Assembly: GCA_963761305.1 (NCBI GenBank)
Contig: CAVXGK010000001.1
Location: 1,088,001-1,152,000, forward strand
DNA from: an uncultured Gemmatimonadaceae bacterium
GTDB lineage: Bacteria; Gemmatimonadota; Gemmatimonadetes; Gemmatimonadales; Gemmatimonadaceae
DNA length: 64,000 nucleotides
Reading direction: 5' to 3'
In this document: in pieces, positions 19,133 to 28,139 of the stretch
How positions within the stretch are numbered: position 1 is the stretch's first letter
How the letters are laid out: every line of letters begins with the position of its first letter
Notes under the pieces: generated by a model
Told to the model about the DNA's origin: nothing
Database searches by the model: none
Seen by the model: the letters and a program-made list of their open reading frames with translations, nothing else
Made by a program: the position numbers and the translations under genes

Positions 19133-19290
19133 GTCGCCGTCTCCCTGATTGCTGTCGCTGCTGCTGCCGCCCCGAGTCTCGCCCCGCGGTGATCACTATC
19201 AGCCCACGCTCGCCGTGCACTGATTGCTGTCGCTTACGCTGACGCCTAGAGTCTCAGCCCCAAAGCGATCCCAATCAGTGCGCGCCCCGC
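19133..19290 (-). repeat. Two tandem copies of the same 75-bp unit, inverted (right array)
   Basis: CTGATTGCTGTCGCT at 19145/19220; GAGTCTC at 19174/19249; 19145-19160 is the perfect reverse complement of 18525-18540. Confidence 0.9.
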
Positions 19291-19431
19291 GCCGGTGCGT
19301 CAGTGCGGACCCCACGCCGTTACCAAACGGTGATCCTCGAGCGAATCCCTCTCGGGAGGGTTGTCCCACCGCATCAACATCATCTATGTTGCCCGCGCCG
19401 ACCCGGTGAGGACCTACAGCGGAGAGTGGCC

Positions 19432-20874
19432 ATGACGCCACCGCAGAGAAGCCCGGAGGAGCGCCCGGTCGCGGCGCTCCTCGCGCCCGACATCATGGCG
19501 ATGCTCGCCGAGTCGCCCAGCGATATCGCCGCGGAGACCGAGGAGATTCACCCCGCCGACCTCGCGGACGTCGCCGACGCGCTCGATCGCGACCAGCTGC
19601 AGGCGTTCCTCGCTGCACTCGGCGGCGCGCGCGCCGCCGACGTGCTCGAGTACATGGACGAGGAGGCGAGGACCGAATTCCTCGAGGGCATCACGCCGCG
19701 ACAGGCCGCCGAGCTCGTCACGCAGATGAAGCCCGACGACCGCGCCGACGCGCTCGAGGAGATCAACGAAGAGCACGCCGAGGAAATCCTCTCGGAGATT
19801 CCGAGGGAAGCGCGGCGGGAAACGGAGCAGCTCCTCTCGTACGAGGCGGACAGCGCCGGCGGCTTGATGACCACCGAGTTCGTCTCGGTGTCGGCCGAGA
19901 TGACGGTGGAGATGGCGCTCGACCTCGTGCGCGCCGTCGCGCGATCCGGCAGAAAGGAGGCGGTCTACGCGATCTACACGACCGACGACAAGGGACGCCT
20001 CGTCGGTGTGATCTCGCTGCGCGAGCTGCTCGCCGCGCCAACCGGGGCGAAGATCGGCGACATAGCGTGGACGGAGGTGCAGAGCGTGCGGTCGGGCTCC
20101 GACCGCGAAGAGGTCGCGACGATGATTGCGAACTACGACCTCGTCGCCGTCCCCGTCGTGAGCGAGTCGGGCCACATGCTCGGCGTGATCACCGTCGACG
20201 ACGTGATCGACGCGATCCAGGAAGAGCAGACCGAAGACGTGCAGAAGTTCGGCGGTTTGGAGGCGCTCGACGAGCCGTACATGCAGATCGGGCTGTTCGC
20301 GATGATCAAGAAGCGCGCGGGTTGGCTCAGCGTCCTGCTCATCAGCGAGATGCTGACGACGACCGCGATGCAGCACTTCGACATCGAGCTGCAGAAAGTC
20401 GCGATGCTCGCGCTGTTCGTGCCGCTCGTCATGAGCTCAGGAGGCAACTCGGGGTCGCAGGCGACGTCGCTCGTCACGCGCGCGATGGCGCTGCGCGAGA
20501 TCGAGCTCAGAGACTGGTGGCGGGTCGCCTTCCGCGAACTGCCCGCGGGACTCAGCCTCGGCGCGATCCTCGGCGTGATTGGCGTCATCCGCATCTCGTT
20601 GTGGCAGTACCTGAGGACGAGCTATCCCTCATTCCCCGTCGGCTACAACTACGGACCGCATTGGCCGCTCATCGCGACGACGGTCGGTCTGTCGCTCATC
20701 GGCATCGTGACGTTCGGTTCGCTCGCCGGCTCGATGCTGCCGTTCGTTCTGCGACGCCTCGGGTTCGACCCCGCCAGCGCGTCGGCGCCATTCGTCGCGA
20801 CGCTCGTCGACGTCACGGGGCTCAGCATCTACTTCATGGTGGCGCTGATCGTCCTGCACGGGACGCTCTTGTAG
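19432..20874 (+). CDS. mgtE: Magnesium transporter MgtE
   Basis: HPADLAD, SAGGLMTTEF, CBS pair, GGNSGSQA, DPASASAPFVATLVDV. Confidence 0.95.
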   Translation: MTPPQRSPEERPVAALLAPDIMAMLAESPSDIAAETEEIHPADLADVADALDRDQLQAFLAALGGARAADVLEYMDEEARTEFLEGITPRQAAELVTQMKPDDRADALEEINEEHAEEILSEIPREARRETEQLLSYEADSAGGLMTTEFVSVSAEMTVEMALDLVRAVARSGRKEAVYAIYTTDDKGRLVGVISLRELLAAPTGAKIGDIAWTEVQSVRSGSDREEVATMIANYDLVAVPVVSESGHMLGVITVDDVIDAIQEEQTEDVQKFGGLEALDEPYMQIGLFAMIKKRAGWLSVLLISEMLTTTAMQHFDIELQKVAMLALFVPLVMSSGGNSGSQATSLVTRAMALREIELRDWWRVAFRELPAGLSLGAILGVIGVIRISLWQYLRTSYPSFPVGYNYGPHWPLIATTVGLSLIGIVTFGSLAGSMLPFVLRRLGFDPASASAPFVATLVDVTGLSIYFMVALIVLHGTLL

Positions 20875-20946
20875 CTGGACGTTGCACCGGGCGGACCGGG
20901 CTGTCGCGCCGGGCCGCGGTTCGACGTGACCCATTTCGCTGCGCGG

Positions 20947-21081
20947 TCAGTTTACCGACGACGCGACGGTGTCCGGCGTCGCGAGGGTGAAGTACGTCAG
21001 CGCGTTCGGTGATGGCACCCCATGCTGGTCGACGGGGACCACGACGTGGACGGCATCGCGAAACTGGTAAACTTTTTCCAT
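20947..21081 (-). CDS. Putative 44-aa small protein (not in the ORF track)
   Basis: MEKVYQFRDAVHVVVPVDQHGVPSPNALTYFTLATPDTVASSVN; GGGGAGGGAG RBS 9 nt upstream; mostly G/C third positions. Confidence 0.5.
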   Translation of the reverse strand: MEKVYQFRDAVHVVVPVDQHGVPSPNALTYFTLATPDTVASSVN

Positions 21082-21201
21082 CTGGACACGCTCCCTCCCC
21101 TGCCATATGGTCATGGGGCGCCTCATCTCCGAATTCGGGTGCCTGGTGTTCGGGACAGATCTCGATTCAGATGGTCACCCCATGCCCTCGTGGAGGTCCA
21201 G

Positions 21202-21591
21202 ATGGTCAAGCGTGTCGCGATGATCTTCGGAGTCGTCTTCATTCTCGTCGGCCTGCTCGGATTCGCGTATCCAGGCGGAATGAGTATGGGGGCGGCGAAT
21301 CCTGGCAGAATCCTCGGCTTGTTCCCGGTGAACTTGCTTCACAATCTCGTTCACATTCTGTTCGGCATCTGGGGTCTCATGGCCGCTCGCGCGTATTCGT
21401 CGGCGCAGGCCTTCTGCAAGCTCGGCGGATTCATTTACCTGTGCCTCGCACTGCTCGGTCTCGTCGAGCCGACCACGTTCGGCTTGATCCCGATCGGCGA
21501 GAACGATGTCTTCCTCCACACCGCGCTCGGCGTGCTGCTCGTGTGGGTCGGCTACGCGTCGAAGGACGAACCGGCTCCAGCGGCGGTGTGA
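21202..21591 (+). CDS. DUF4383 family membrane protein
   Basis: ILGLFPVNLLHNLVHILFG, NDVFLH; GGAGG RBS. Confidence 0.85.
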   Translation: MVKRVAMIFGVVFILVGLLGFAYPGGMSMGAANPGRILGLFPVNLLHNLVHILFGIWGLMAARAYSSAQAFCKLGGFIYLCLALLGLVEPTTFGLIPIGENDVFLHTALGVLLVWVGYASKDEPAPAAV

Positions 21592-21596
21592 GTCCG

Positions 21597-21764
21597 GGTG
21601 GACAGGTGGACAGGTGGACGGGTGGACAGGTGGACAGGTGGACAGGCACGGGAGATGTCCACCTGTTTGTTTTCGAGCTATCGGCTGTCAGCTATCGGCT
21701 GTCAGCTGTCATTAGCCGTCCACCCGTCCACCCGTCCACCCGTCCACCCGTCCACCCGTCCACC
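21597..21764. repeat. Hairpin of (GGTGGACR)x6 and (CGTCCACC)x6 enclosing (GCTRTCR)x5
   Basis: Octamers at 21597-21644 and 21717-21764; heptamers at 21677-21711. Confidence 0.95.
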
Positions 21765-21768
21765 CCAT

Positions 21769-21978
21769 ATGGCCCACCTCAACCTCACCATCGAAGGAAT
21801 GTCCTGCGCTCACTGTCTACACGCGGTGCGCGGACGGCTCGAGCGGACGCCCGGCGTGGACGTGAAGTCCGTGCAAATCGGTTCGGCGGTTGTGGACTAC
21901 GACCCCGCCAAGACCAGCGTCGACGAGATCGAGGAAGCGATCGCCGACGAGGGCTACACGGCCTTCGTCGCTGGATAA
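21769..21978 (+). CDS. Heavy-metal-associated (CopZ-like) chaperone
   Basis: GMSCAHC motif and DEGY loop. Confidence 0.9.
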   Translation: MAHLNLTIEGMSCAHCLHAVRGRLERTPGVDVKSVQIGSAVVDYDPAKTSVDEIEEAIADEGYTAFVAG

Positions 21979-22011
21979 GAGATTTCTGATCTCTGCGCTG
22001 CAATCGTCGCG

Positions 22012-22800
22012 TCAAACGGGACGCCGCAGCCGCACCTGTAGAAAGTCCGCCACCACACGCGCCCGCTCGAGGCGCGGCCGAGCCCGGATCGCCTCGTCGC
22101 TCGCGTAGGGTTCGCAGAGCCGCTCGATCGTGAATCCCGTGTCGAGCGCGAGATTGAGCCACCCGGACAACGTGCGCGTGAAGCGCGGCACCTTGAAGGG
22201 TTCGAGCGTCGCTTTCATCTCCGGCGGCGCCGAGCTGAAGAGCCACTGCTCGATGCGACCATCGACCTTGCCCCAGTAGTCGCCGACCTCGACGCCGATC
22301 TTCGTTCCGTGTTCGTCGCGCACCGTGCGACGAAAGGGCGTGTCGAAGCACGGGTGTGTGATCGAGAACTGAAAGAACCCGCCCGGCCGGATTACACGAA
22401 ACGACTCGGCCATCACGCGATCGAGCTCCGGGATGTCCATGAGCGACATGAATGCCGTCCCTCCGTCGAAGCTGGCGTCGTCGAACGGCAGCTCGACCGC
22501 GCTCGCGATCCGGTATTCGATCCCACGCGGCTCTCTCCGCTCCTCGGCGATCGCGTACTCGATGAATCGTTCCGCGATGTCGATCGCCACGACACGAGCG
22601 CCCCGCTCGGCGAGGAGACGCGTGTTGTACCCCTCGCCGCATCCGACGTCGAGTACGCGCCGCCCCGCGACGTCAGGCAGCAGCTCGAAGAACGCCGGCG
22701 TGTTCACGAAGTCGCGATAGATGTCGTACCCCGCCCGCGCGAGCCGCGTCCAAGCGTCGGCGTTGCCGTTCCAGTACTCGCCTACTTCGCGATGGTCCAT
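22012..22800 (-). CDS. Class I SAM-dependent methyltransferase
   Basis: VLDVGCGEG, LPFDDASFD, RVIRPGG, SITHPCF. Confidence 0.9.
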   Translation of the reverse strand: MDHREVGEYWNGNADAWTRLARAGYDIYRDFVNTPAFFELLPDVAGRRVLDVGCGEGYNTRLLAERGARVVAIDIAERFIEYAIAEERREPRGIEYRIASAVELPFDDASFDGGTAFMSLMDIPELDRVMAESFRVIRPGGFFQFSITHPCFDTPFRRTVRDEHGTKIGVEVGDYWGKVDGRIEQWLFSSAPPEMKATLEPFKVPRFTRTLSGWLNLALDTGFTIERLCEPYASDEAIRARPRLERARVVADFLQVRLRRPV

Positions 22801-22910
22801 CGTCTCAGCCAGTTGGGATGGTGACCACTCCAACCCGATGTCGCCCGAAATCCGTCACTCGGTTGCCGGGATCTCCCGGAGAACAGCGCGATCGCGGACT
22901 CTCGCGAACG

Positions 22911-23213
22911 CTCGAGTCGGTATACGCCGCCGCGATGGCCGAGGAGCTGACCGGTCGAGGCCACCACGTCGAGCGCGAGGTGTTCGTCATTGTGTACTAC
23001 AAGGAGAAGCCCATCGGCCGACAACGCGTGGACATAGTCGTCGACAAGACCGTCGTCCTCGAAATCAAAGCCACCGAGGTTCTATCCCGTTTTTCGTTCC
23101 GGCAAATGCTCAGCTACCTCACGGTCACGCGGCTTCCGATCGGACTGATTCTGCACTTTGGCCCACGGGCGCGTTTCTTTCGCATGGTCTCGTCGAGACG
23201 GCGCCCGAGTTGA
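22911..23213 (+). pseudogene. GxxExxY protein, N-terminally truncated
   Basis: LESVY, QRVDIVVD...VVLEIKA, QMLSYL, GLILHFG; similarity to the 32057 paralogue starts only at LESVY. Confidence 0.8.
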
Positions 23214-23226
23214 ACCCACAAGAAAC

Positions 23227-23265
23227 ATCCGCGTTCCTCCGCGTATATCCGCGCCCATCCGCGAT
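23227..23265 (+). repeat. Short TCCGCG periodic repeat after the GxxExxY gene
   Basis: ATCCGCGTTC CTCCGCGTAT ATCCGCGCCC ATCCGCG; four copies at 10-nt period. Confidence 0.7.
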
Positions 23266-23312
23266 CGTGCGGTGCCTTTGCCCAGCCCTTGCCTCGCCAT
23301 AGGGCGGGCAGC

Positions 23313-24020
23313 CTAACGCCCCGTCTCGAGCGCCTGCTCGATCGCCGGTGCCGTCAGCTTGGCCATCAACGCGTACCCGGCCGCATTCGGATGCACACCG
23401 TCGCCAGTCAGCTCGGGCCTCATTCCTCCGCGTCCGTCGGACATCGGCGTGTGCAGGTCCAGGTACAGAACTCCCGCGGTCGCCGCGTACTGCTTGATCC
23501 ATGCGTTGAGCGCAACGATCTTCGGCGCGGGATCGAGTCCTTTCCTCCACGGATAGTCCGCCGCGGGCAGCACCGAAACGAGCACGACGCGAATGCCGTG
23601 CGCCTTCGCCAGATCCGTCATCGACGCCAGGTTGTCCTCGATCATCTCGAGCGTCGACGGCCCCGTGTTGCCGGCGATGTCGTTCGTCCCGCCGAGTATG
23701 ACGACGGCCTTTGGCGCGAGCGCGATCACGTCCTGGCGGAATCGCACGAGCATCTGCGGTGTCGTCTGCCCGCTGATGCCGCGTCCGACATACGGCTTGC
23801 CGGGAAACAGTGAATCGAAACGCAGCGCCCAGCCCTCGGTGATCGAGTTGCCCATGAACACGACGCGCTGTTCGCCCGATTTCGCCGGACCGAGATCGGC
23901 GTTCGCCTTTTGATACTTCGCGAGCGCCGGCCAATCGGTTTGCGGCGATTGCGCGTGCGACGCCGACGCTACGCTCACCGTGAGCGCGAAGGCCGCGCCC
24001 GCTCTCCACAGGTCAGGCAT
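23313..24020 (-). CDS. SGNH/GDSL hydrolase
   Basis: FMGNSITEGW, RGISGQTT, GTNDIAGN, DGVHPN. Confidence 0.92.
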   Translation of the reverse strand: MPDLWRAGAAFALTVSVASASHAQSPQTDWPALAKYQKANADLGPAKSGEQRVVFMGNSITEGWALRFDSLFPGKPYVGRGISGQTTPQMLVRFRQDVIALAPKAVVILGGTNDIAGNTGPSTLEMIEDNLASMTDLAKAHGIRVVLVSVLPAADYPWRKGLDPAPKIVALNAWIKQYAATAGVLYLDLHTPMSDGRGGMRPELTGDGVHPNAAGYALMAKLTAPAIEQALETGR

Positions 24021-24183
24021 TGTTCACCTCGCGTTGGCGATGACCGCAAACCGTCGCGAATTACGGAAACGATCTGTAGGATACCGTCGGCGCCGCTCGA
24101 CCTCAAAGCTCGAGCCTGCTTCGACCCGTGCCTCTTGGACCCCCTCGTCAAATTTTGTCTCCCTTCAAGCGCAGGGTTTTTCG

Positions 24184-25251
24184 ATGACGCGATTCGCGAA
24201 CATTCTCGAGACGGTCGGCAACACGCCGGTCGTGAGAATCAACCGGCTGGCTCCGGCTGGAATCGATCTCTACGTCAAGGTCGAAGCGTTCAATCCGCTT
24301 GGCTCCGTCAAGGATCGCCTTGCGCTCGGCGTCATCGAAGACGCGGAGAAGAGCGGCGCGCTCAAGCCCGGTCAGACTGTCATCGAAGCGACGAGCGGCA
24401 ACACGGGTATCGGGCTCGCCATGGTTTGCGCCGCGAAGGGATATCCGCTCGTCGTCACGATGGCCGAGTCGTTCAGCGTCGAACGTCGGAAGCTGATGCG
24501 GTTCCTGGGCGCCAAGGTGATCATCACGCCGGCGCCGGCCGGCGGCACGGGCATGGTGCGGAAAGCCGTCGAGCTGGCGAACGAGCACGGCTGGTTCCTC
24601 ACGCGCCAATTCGAGAACGAAGCGAACGCCGACATACACTCGCGCACGACGGCGAAAGAGATCATCGCCGATTTCGCCGGCAAGCGTCTCGACTATTGGG
24701 TGACCGGCTTCGGCACCGGCGGCACGCTCAAGGGCGTCGCGCGCGTGCTGGCGAAGGAGAGTCCCGAGACGAAGATCGTGCTGTCGGAACCGGCCGATGC
24801 GCCGATGGTGTCCAGCCACGCGCCGCAGGCGCGCAACGCCGACGGTTCACCCGCGGCGCGCCATCCGTCGTGGAAGCCGCACCCGATTCAAGGCTGGAGC
24901 CCGGATTTCATTCCGAAGCTCGCCGCCGACGCGCTCGATGCCGGCAACGTGGATCGCATCATCACCGTCTCCGGAGCCGACGCGATGAAGGCGAGCCGAG
25001 AGCTCGCGCAAAAGGAAGGCATCTTCGTCGGCACGTCGTCGGGCGCCACGTTCACCGCGGCGCTCCAAGTGGCTCGCGAAGCGGAGAAGGGTTCGACCGT
25101 GCTGTGCATGCTGCCCGACACCGGAGAGCGCTATCTCAGCACGCCGCTCTTCGGCGACGTGCCCGCCGACATGACGGCCGACGAGCGCGCGATCTTGCAG
25201 TCGACGCCGACATTCGCCGAATCGCCGTTGGCGGCGCCTGTGGCGGTGTAG
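24184..25251 (+). CDS. cysK: Cysteine synthase A
   Basis: VGNTPVV, KVEAFNPLGSVKDR, EATSGNTG, GTGGT, PDTGERYLST. Confidence 0.93.
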   Translation: MTRFANILETVGNTPVVRINRLAPAGIDLYVKVEAFNPLGSVKDRLALGVIEDAEKSGALKPGQTVIEATSGNTGIGLAMVCAAKGYPLVVTMAESFSVERRKLMRFLGAKVIITPAPAGGTGMVRKAVELANEHGWFLTRQFENEANADIHSRTTAKEIIADFAGKRLDYWVTGFGTGGTLKGVARVLAKESPETKIVLSEPADAPMVSSHAPQARNADGSPAARHPSWKPHPIQGWSPDFIPKLAADALDAGNVDRIITVSGADAMKASRELAQKEGIFVGTSSGATFTAALQVAREAEKGSTVLCMLPDTGERYLSTPLFGDVPADMTADERAILQSTPTFAESPLAAPVAV

Positions 25252-25300
25252 GTGTAGTCCATTTCGCGGGGCCGGCTACGATTGCGGGCCGGGAAGCTTG

Positions 25301-25343
25301 AACGCAGATGCCGCGGATCTGCGGCATCTGCGGCATCTGCGTT
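25301..25343. repeat. Minimal REP-like palindrome, ACGCAGATGCCGCRGAT family (solo copy)
   Basis: AACGCAGATGCCGCGGATCTGCGGCATCTGCGGCATCTGCGTT between convergent genes. Confidence 0.9.
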
Positions 25344-25371
25344 TTCTTTTCTTGCCTTAGCCCGTGTCCCG

Positions 25372-28011
25372 TCAATGCGCGATCGGCGGCTTCACCGCGA
25401 TCAGCTTCTCGAACCGCGGATTGCCTTTGAGTGGAGCGAAGCTGGGATCGATTTTCAGGTAGGCGGCCGTCACGTCAGTCGCGGGCATCGTGATGAGCCG
25501 TTCGATCAGGTCGAGCGCGCGTTCGTTCTCACCTGACTGGATGAACACGCGCGCCGCTTGAAAGAGCACGTACGGCTTAATCGTCGCGTCGTTCGTCGTC
25601 TCGCGCAGCTTGAGCGCGCTGTCGGCCTGGATAGCTGCTTCCTGTTTGCGGCCGGCGAGCGCCAGCGCTCGAGCGAGGAGCTCACGGAGCTGCGCGCGAT
25701 CCGGGAAGTCGTGCAATTGCTTCGCGAAGGCCACGACCGCGGTGTCGCCGAACATGCGGGCGTGCATCGTGTCGCCCATCAGACGATACGTGTGCCCGAG
25801 CTTGAGACCCCAGTGTCCGCGGTCGTTGTCGAAGTCCTTGGGCGTGAGCTTCACGATCTTGGGCCAGAGCTCCGACGGCAGCGCCCACATCGTTTCCTGG
25901 TACAACGAGAAGCGGACGAGCAGGGCCGTCGTGTCGACCGTCTTCAGCTTCTGCGCCACGAGAGCGTGCACGCTGTCCAATTCGCCGAGCGAGAGATACG
26001 CGAACGCCTTGCCCTGAATCATCGAGAGATTTTCGGGGGCGAGGGTCAGAGCGCGATCCCATGCGGCCAGCTCCTCCGGATAGCGTCTGAGACTGTGGAG
26101 CAGCCCCGGAACACGGCGTACCGACGCGACAGACCGCGGGTCGAGCTTCACGACGCGCTGCGCGCTGGCCAACGCCTCGTCAAAGCGCCCAAGGATCGCG
26201 TCGACACCGGCGTCCCCGAGAAGGAGGTCGACGTTGTTTGGATCGAGCTTCAGCCCCGCGTCGTACTGCGTCCGTGCGCCCTCGTAGTCGAGCTTCACGT
26301 CGCGCAGATACGCCGCCATCGCCAGATGGCCCTCGGCGCGATTCGGACCGAGCATCATGGCCCGCTCGGCCGCTACCCTGTTTCGCTCGACCGCTTCGAC
26401 CGTTGGCCCGGCATTGTTGTTGTAGGCCAGCGCGCGCGAAAGCTGCGCCCACGCCTCGAGGAAATTCGAATCGAGTTGGACGGCGCGCTCATAGTGCGGA
26501 ATGCCGGCGTTCAGCACCTTCGAGTCGCCCGTGCCGACGTTCGACGTGATCTGCTCACCTTTCAGGAACTCGTCGTACGCTTCGAGGTTCTGCGTCGGGC
26601 GCGACGCGATGCGTTGCTTCGTTGGCGGGGCCAGCGCGATGTCCAGGTTCTGCGCGACGTGCGAGGCGATCGCGGACTGTACGGCGAACACGTCCGACAT
26701 CACGGTGTCGAACGCCACCGACCACTTGCTCTGGTTGTTCGAGACTTGCACCAGTTCCGGCGTCACACGCACGCGATCGGGGCCGTTGCCTTTGCTCCAC
26801 CGCACCGTGCCCGTGAGCAGGTAGTCGACGGACAACTCGCGTCCAATGTCGTGCGGGTCCTTCGTCGTCTTCTTGTACTGGCGCGTGCTCGTCCTCGCGG
26901 TCACCTGGAGTCCAGGCACGGCCGAGAGGCGGCTCCGCACTTCGTCCGTCATGCCGTCGGCGAAGTAATCGTCAGCCGCCGTGCCCTCGTTCTCAAACGG
27001 CAGCACCGCGATGCGATAGCCGCCTTGTGGCACGGCGCGCGCGCGACGCCACGCGAACGCGCCGACGCCCACGGCGAGCACGAGCGCAGCCGCGAGGCCG
27101 ATCCAGAGCGTGCGCCGCGAGCCGGCGGCGGTGCGCCCCGCGCCCGCAGCGACCGCTCCGGTCGCTCCGGTCGCTCCGCTCGCCGTGATTTCCTCGAGCG
27201 ACGTCGCGACGTTCTTGGCCGACTCGGGTCGGTCTGCGGCGGACCGGGCCACCATCGTGTCGACCAGCTGCGACAACGCGGGCGGAACGGTGTTGCGCAC
27301 CGTGGCCAGCGAGCGCGGCGTCTCTGTCATCTTGCGCGCGATGATCGATTGCGCGTTGGGACCCGTGATCGGCGGCTCGCCGGCGATCATCTCGTAGAGC
27401 ACGCAACCGAGCGCATAGATGTCGGTGCGCGCGTCGATCGTGCGTTCTCCCGTTGCCTGCTCGGGACTCATGTAGCCCGGCGTTCCTACCGCCATCCCGG
27501 TCTGCGTGAGACCGTGGTCGTCGGCGACGGCGCGAGCGATGCCAAAGTCGGCGACGATCGCCTGACCGTCGCTCAGCAGAATGTTCTCGGGCTTGATGTC
27601 CCGGTGGACGACGCCGTTGCGATGCGCGTAGTCGAGCGCGAGGGCCGACTCGCGAGCGATCCGCATCGCGTCGCGAATCGGCAGCTGTCCCTCGCGCGAC
27701 AACCGGTCCCGCAGCGACTCCCCCTGGACGAACGGCATCGTGTACCAGAGCTGTCCGCCGGCGTCGCCCGAGTCGTAGACGCTCAGGATGTGCGGATGCT
27801 GGAGCTTGGACGCGAGCTTGACCTCGCGCTGGAAGCGCTCGGAGCCGAGCGTCGCGGCGAGATCAGGGTGTAGAATCTTGAGCGCAACCGAACGATCGCG
27901 CTGTTCGTCGACTGCGAGGTAAACGGTCGCCATGCCGCCGCGCCCGAGCTCTCGTTCGATGCGGTATTTGCCGGCGAGACTTTCGCGAAGTCGGTCGAGC
28001 GAATCGGTCAT
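25372..28011 (-). CDS. Ser/Thr protein kinase with TM segment, TolB-like and TPR domains
   Basis: LGRGGMATVY, HRDIKPEN, DFGIA, GTPGYMSPEQ, IAVLPFEN, DPSFAPLKGNPRF. Confidence 0.95.
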   Translation of the reverse strand: MTDSLDRLRESLAGKYRIERELGRGGMATVYLAVDEQRDRSVALKILHPDLAATLGSERFQREVKLASKLQHPHILSVYDSGDAGGQLWYTMPFVQGESLRDRLSREGQLPIRDAMRIARESALALDYAHRNGVVHRDIKPENILLSDGQAIVADFGIARAVADDHGLTQTGMAVGTPGYMSPEQATGERTIDARTDIYALGCVLYEMIAGEPPITGPNAQSIIARKMTETPRSLATVRNTVPPALSQLVDTMVARSAADRPESAKNVATSLEEITASGATGATGAVAAGAGRTAAGSRRTLWIGLAAALVLAVGVGAFAWRRARAVPQGGYRIAVLPFENEGTAADDYFADGMTDEVRSRLSAVPGLQVTARTSTRQYKKTTKDPHDIGRELSVDYLLTGTVRWSKGNGPDRVRVTPELVQVSNNQSKWSVAFDTVMSDVFAVQSAIASHVAQNLDIALAPPTKQRIASRPTQNLEAYDEFLKGEQITSNVGTGDSKVLNAGIPHYERAVQLDSNFLEAWAQLSRALAYNNNAGPTVEAVERNRVAAERAMMLGPNRAEGHLAMAAYLRDVKLDYEGARTQYDAGLKLDPNNVDLLLGDAGVDAILGRFDEALASAQRVVKLDPRSVASVRRVPGLLHSLRRYPEELAAWDRALTLAPENLSMIQGKAFAYLSLGELDSVHALVAQKLKTVDTTALLVRFSLYQETMWALPSELWPKIVKLTPKDFDNDRGHWGLKLGHTYRLMGDTMHARMFGDTAVVAFAKQLHDFPDRAQLRELLARALALAGRKQEAAIQADSALKLRETTNDATIKPYVLFQAARVFIQSGENERALDLIERLITMPATDVTAAYLKIDPSFAPLKGNPRFEKLIAVKPPIAH

Positions 28012-28101
28012 TGGTGCCCGGCGTCGGGGATGAGGCGGACTCAGAGCGGGCTACCGCGCCGAAGATAGGGATTGGCCGTGCGGTAGCAAGACCGAAACGC
28101 C

Positions 28102-28139
28102 AGTGGACCGGTAGACCGGTGGACCGGTGGACGGTTGAC
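28102..28139. repeat. GGTGGAC octamer run (4-5 degenerate copies)
   Basis: AGTGGACC GGTAGACC GGTGGACC GGTGGACG GTTGAC, abutting the permease stop codon. Confidence 0.75.

Noticed and set aside
19290..19431. Mg2+ riboswitch upstream of mgtE, and SAM riboswitch upstream of cysK
   Set aside because: No recognisable conserved riboswitch motifs by eye; an Infernal search would be needed.
25558..27873. Long antisense and alternate-frame ORFs (also 49551..51680, 44081..46450, 56516..58357, 15637..17409)
   Set aside because: High-GC shadow ORFs opposite well-supported genes; Arg/Ala-rich with no recognisable motifs.
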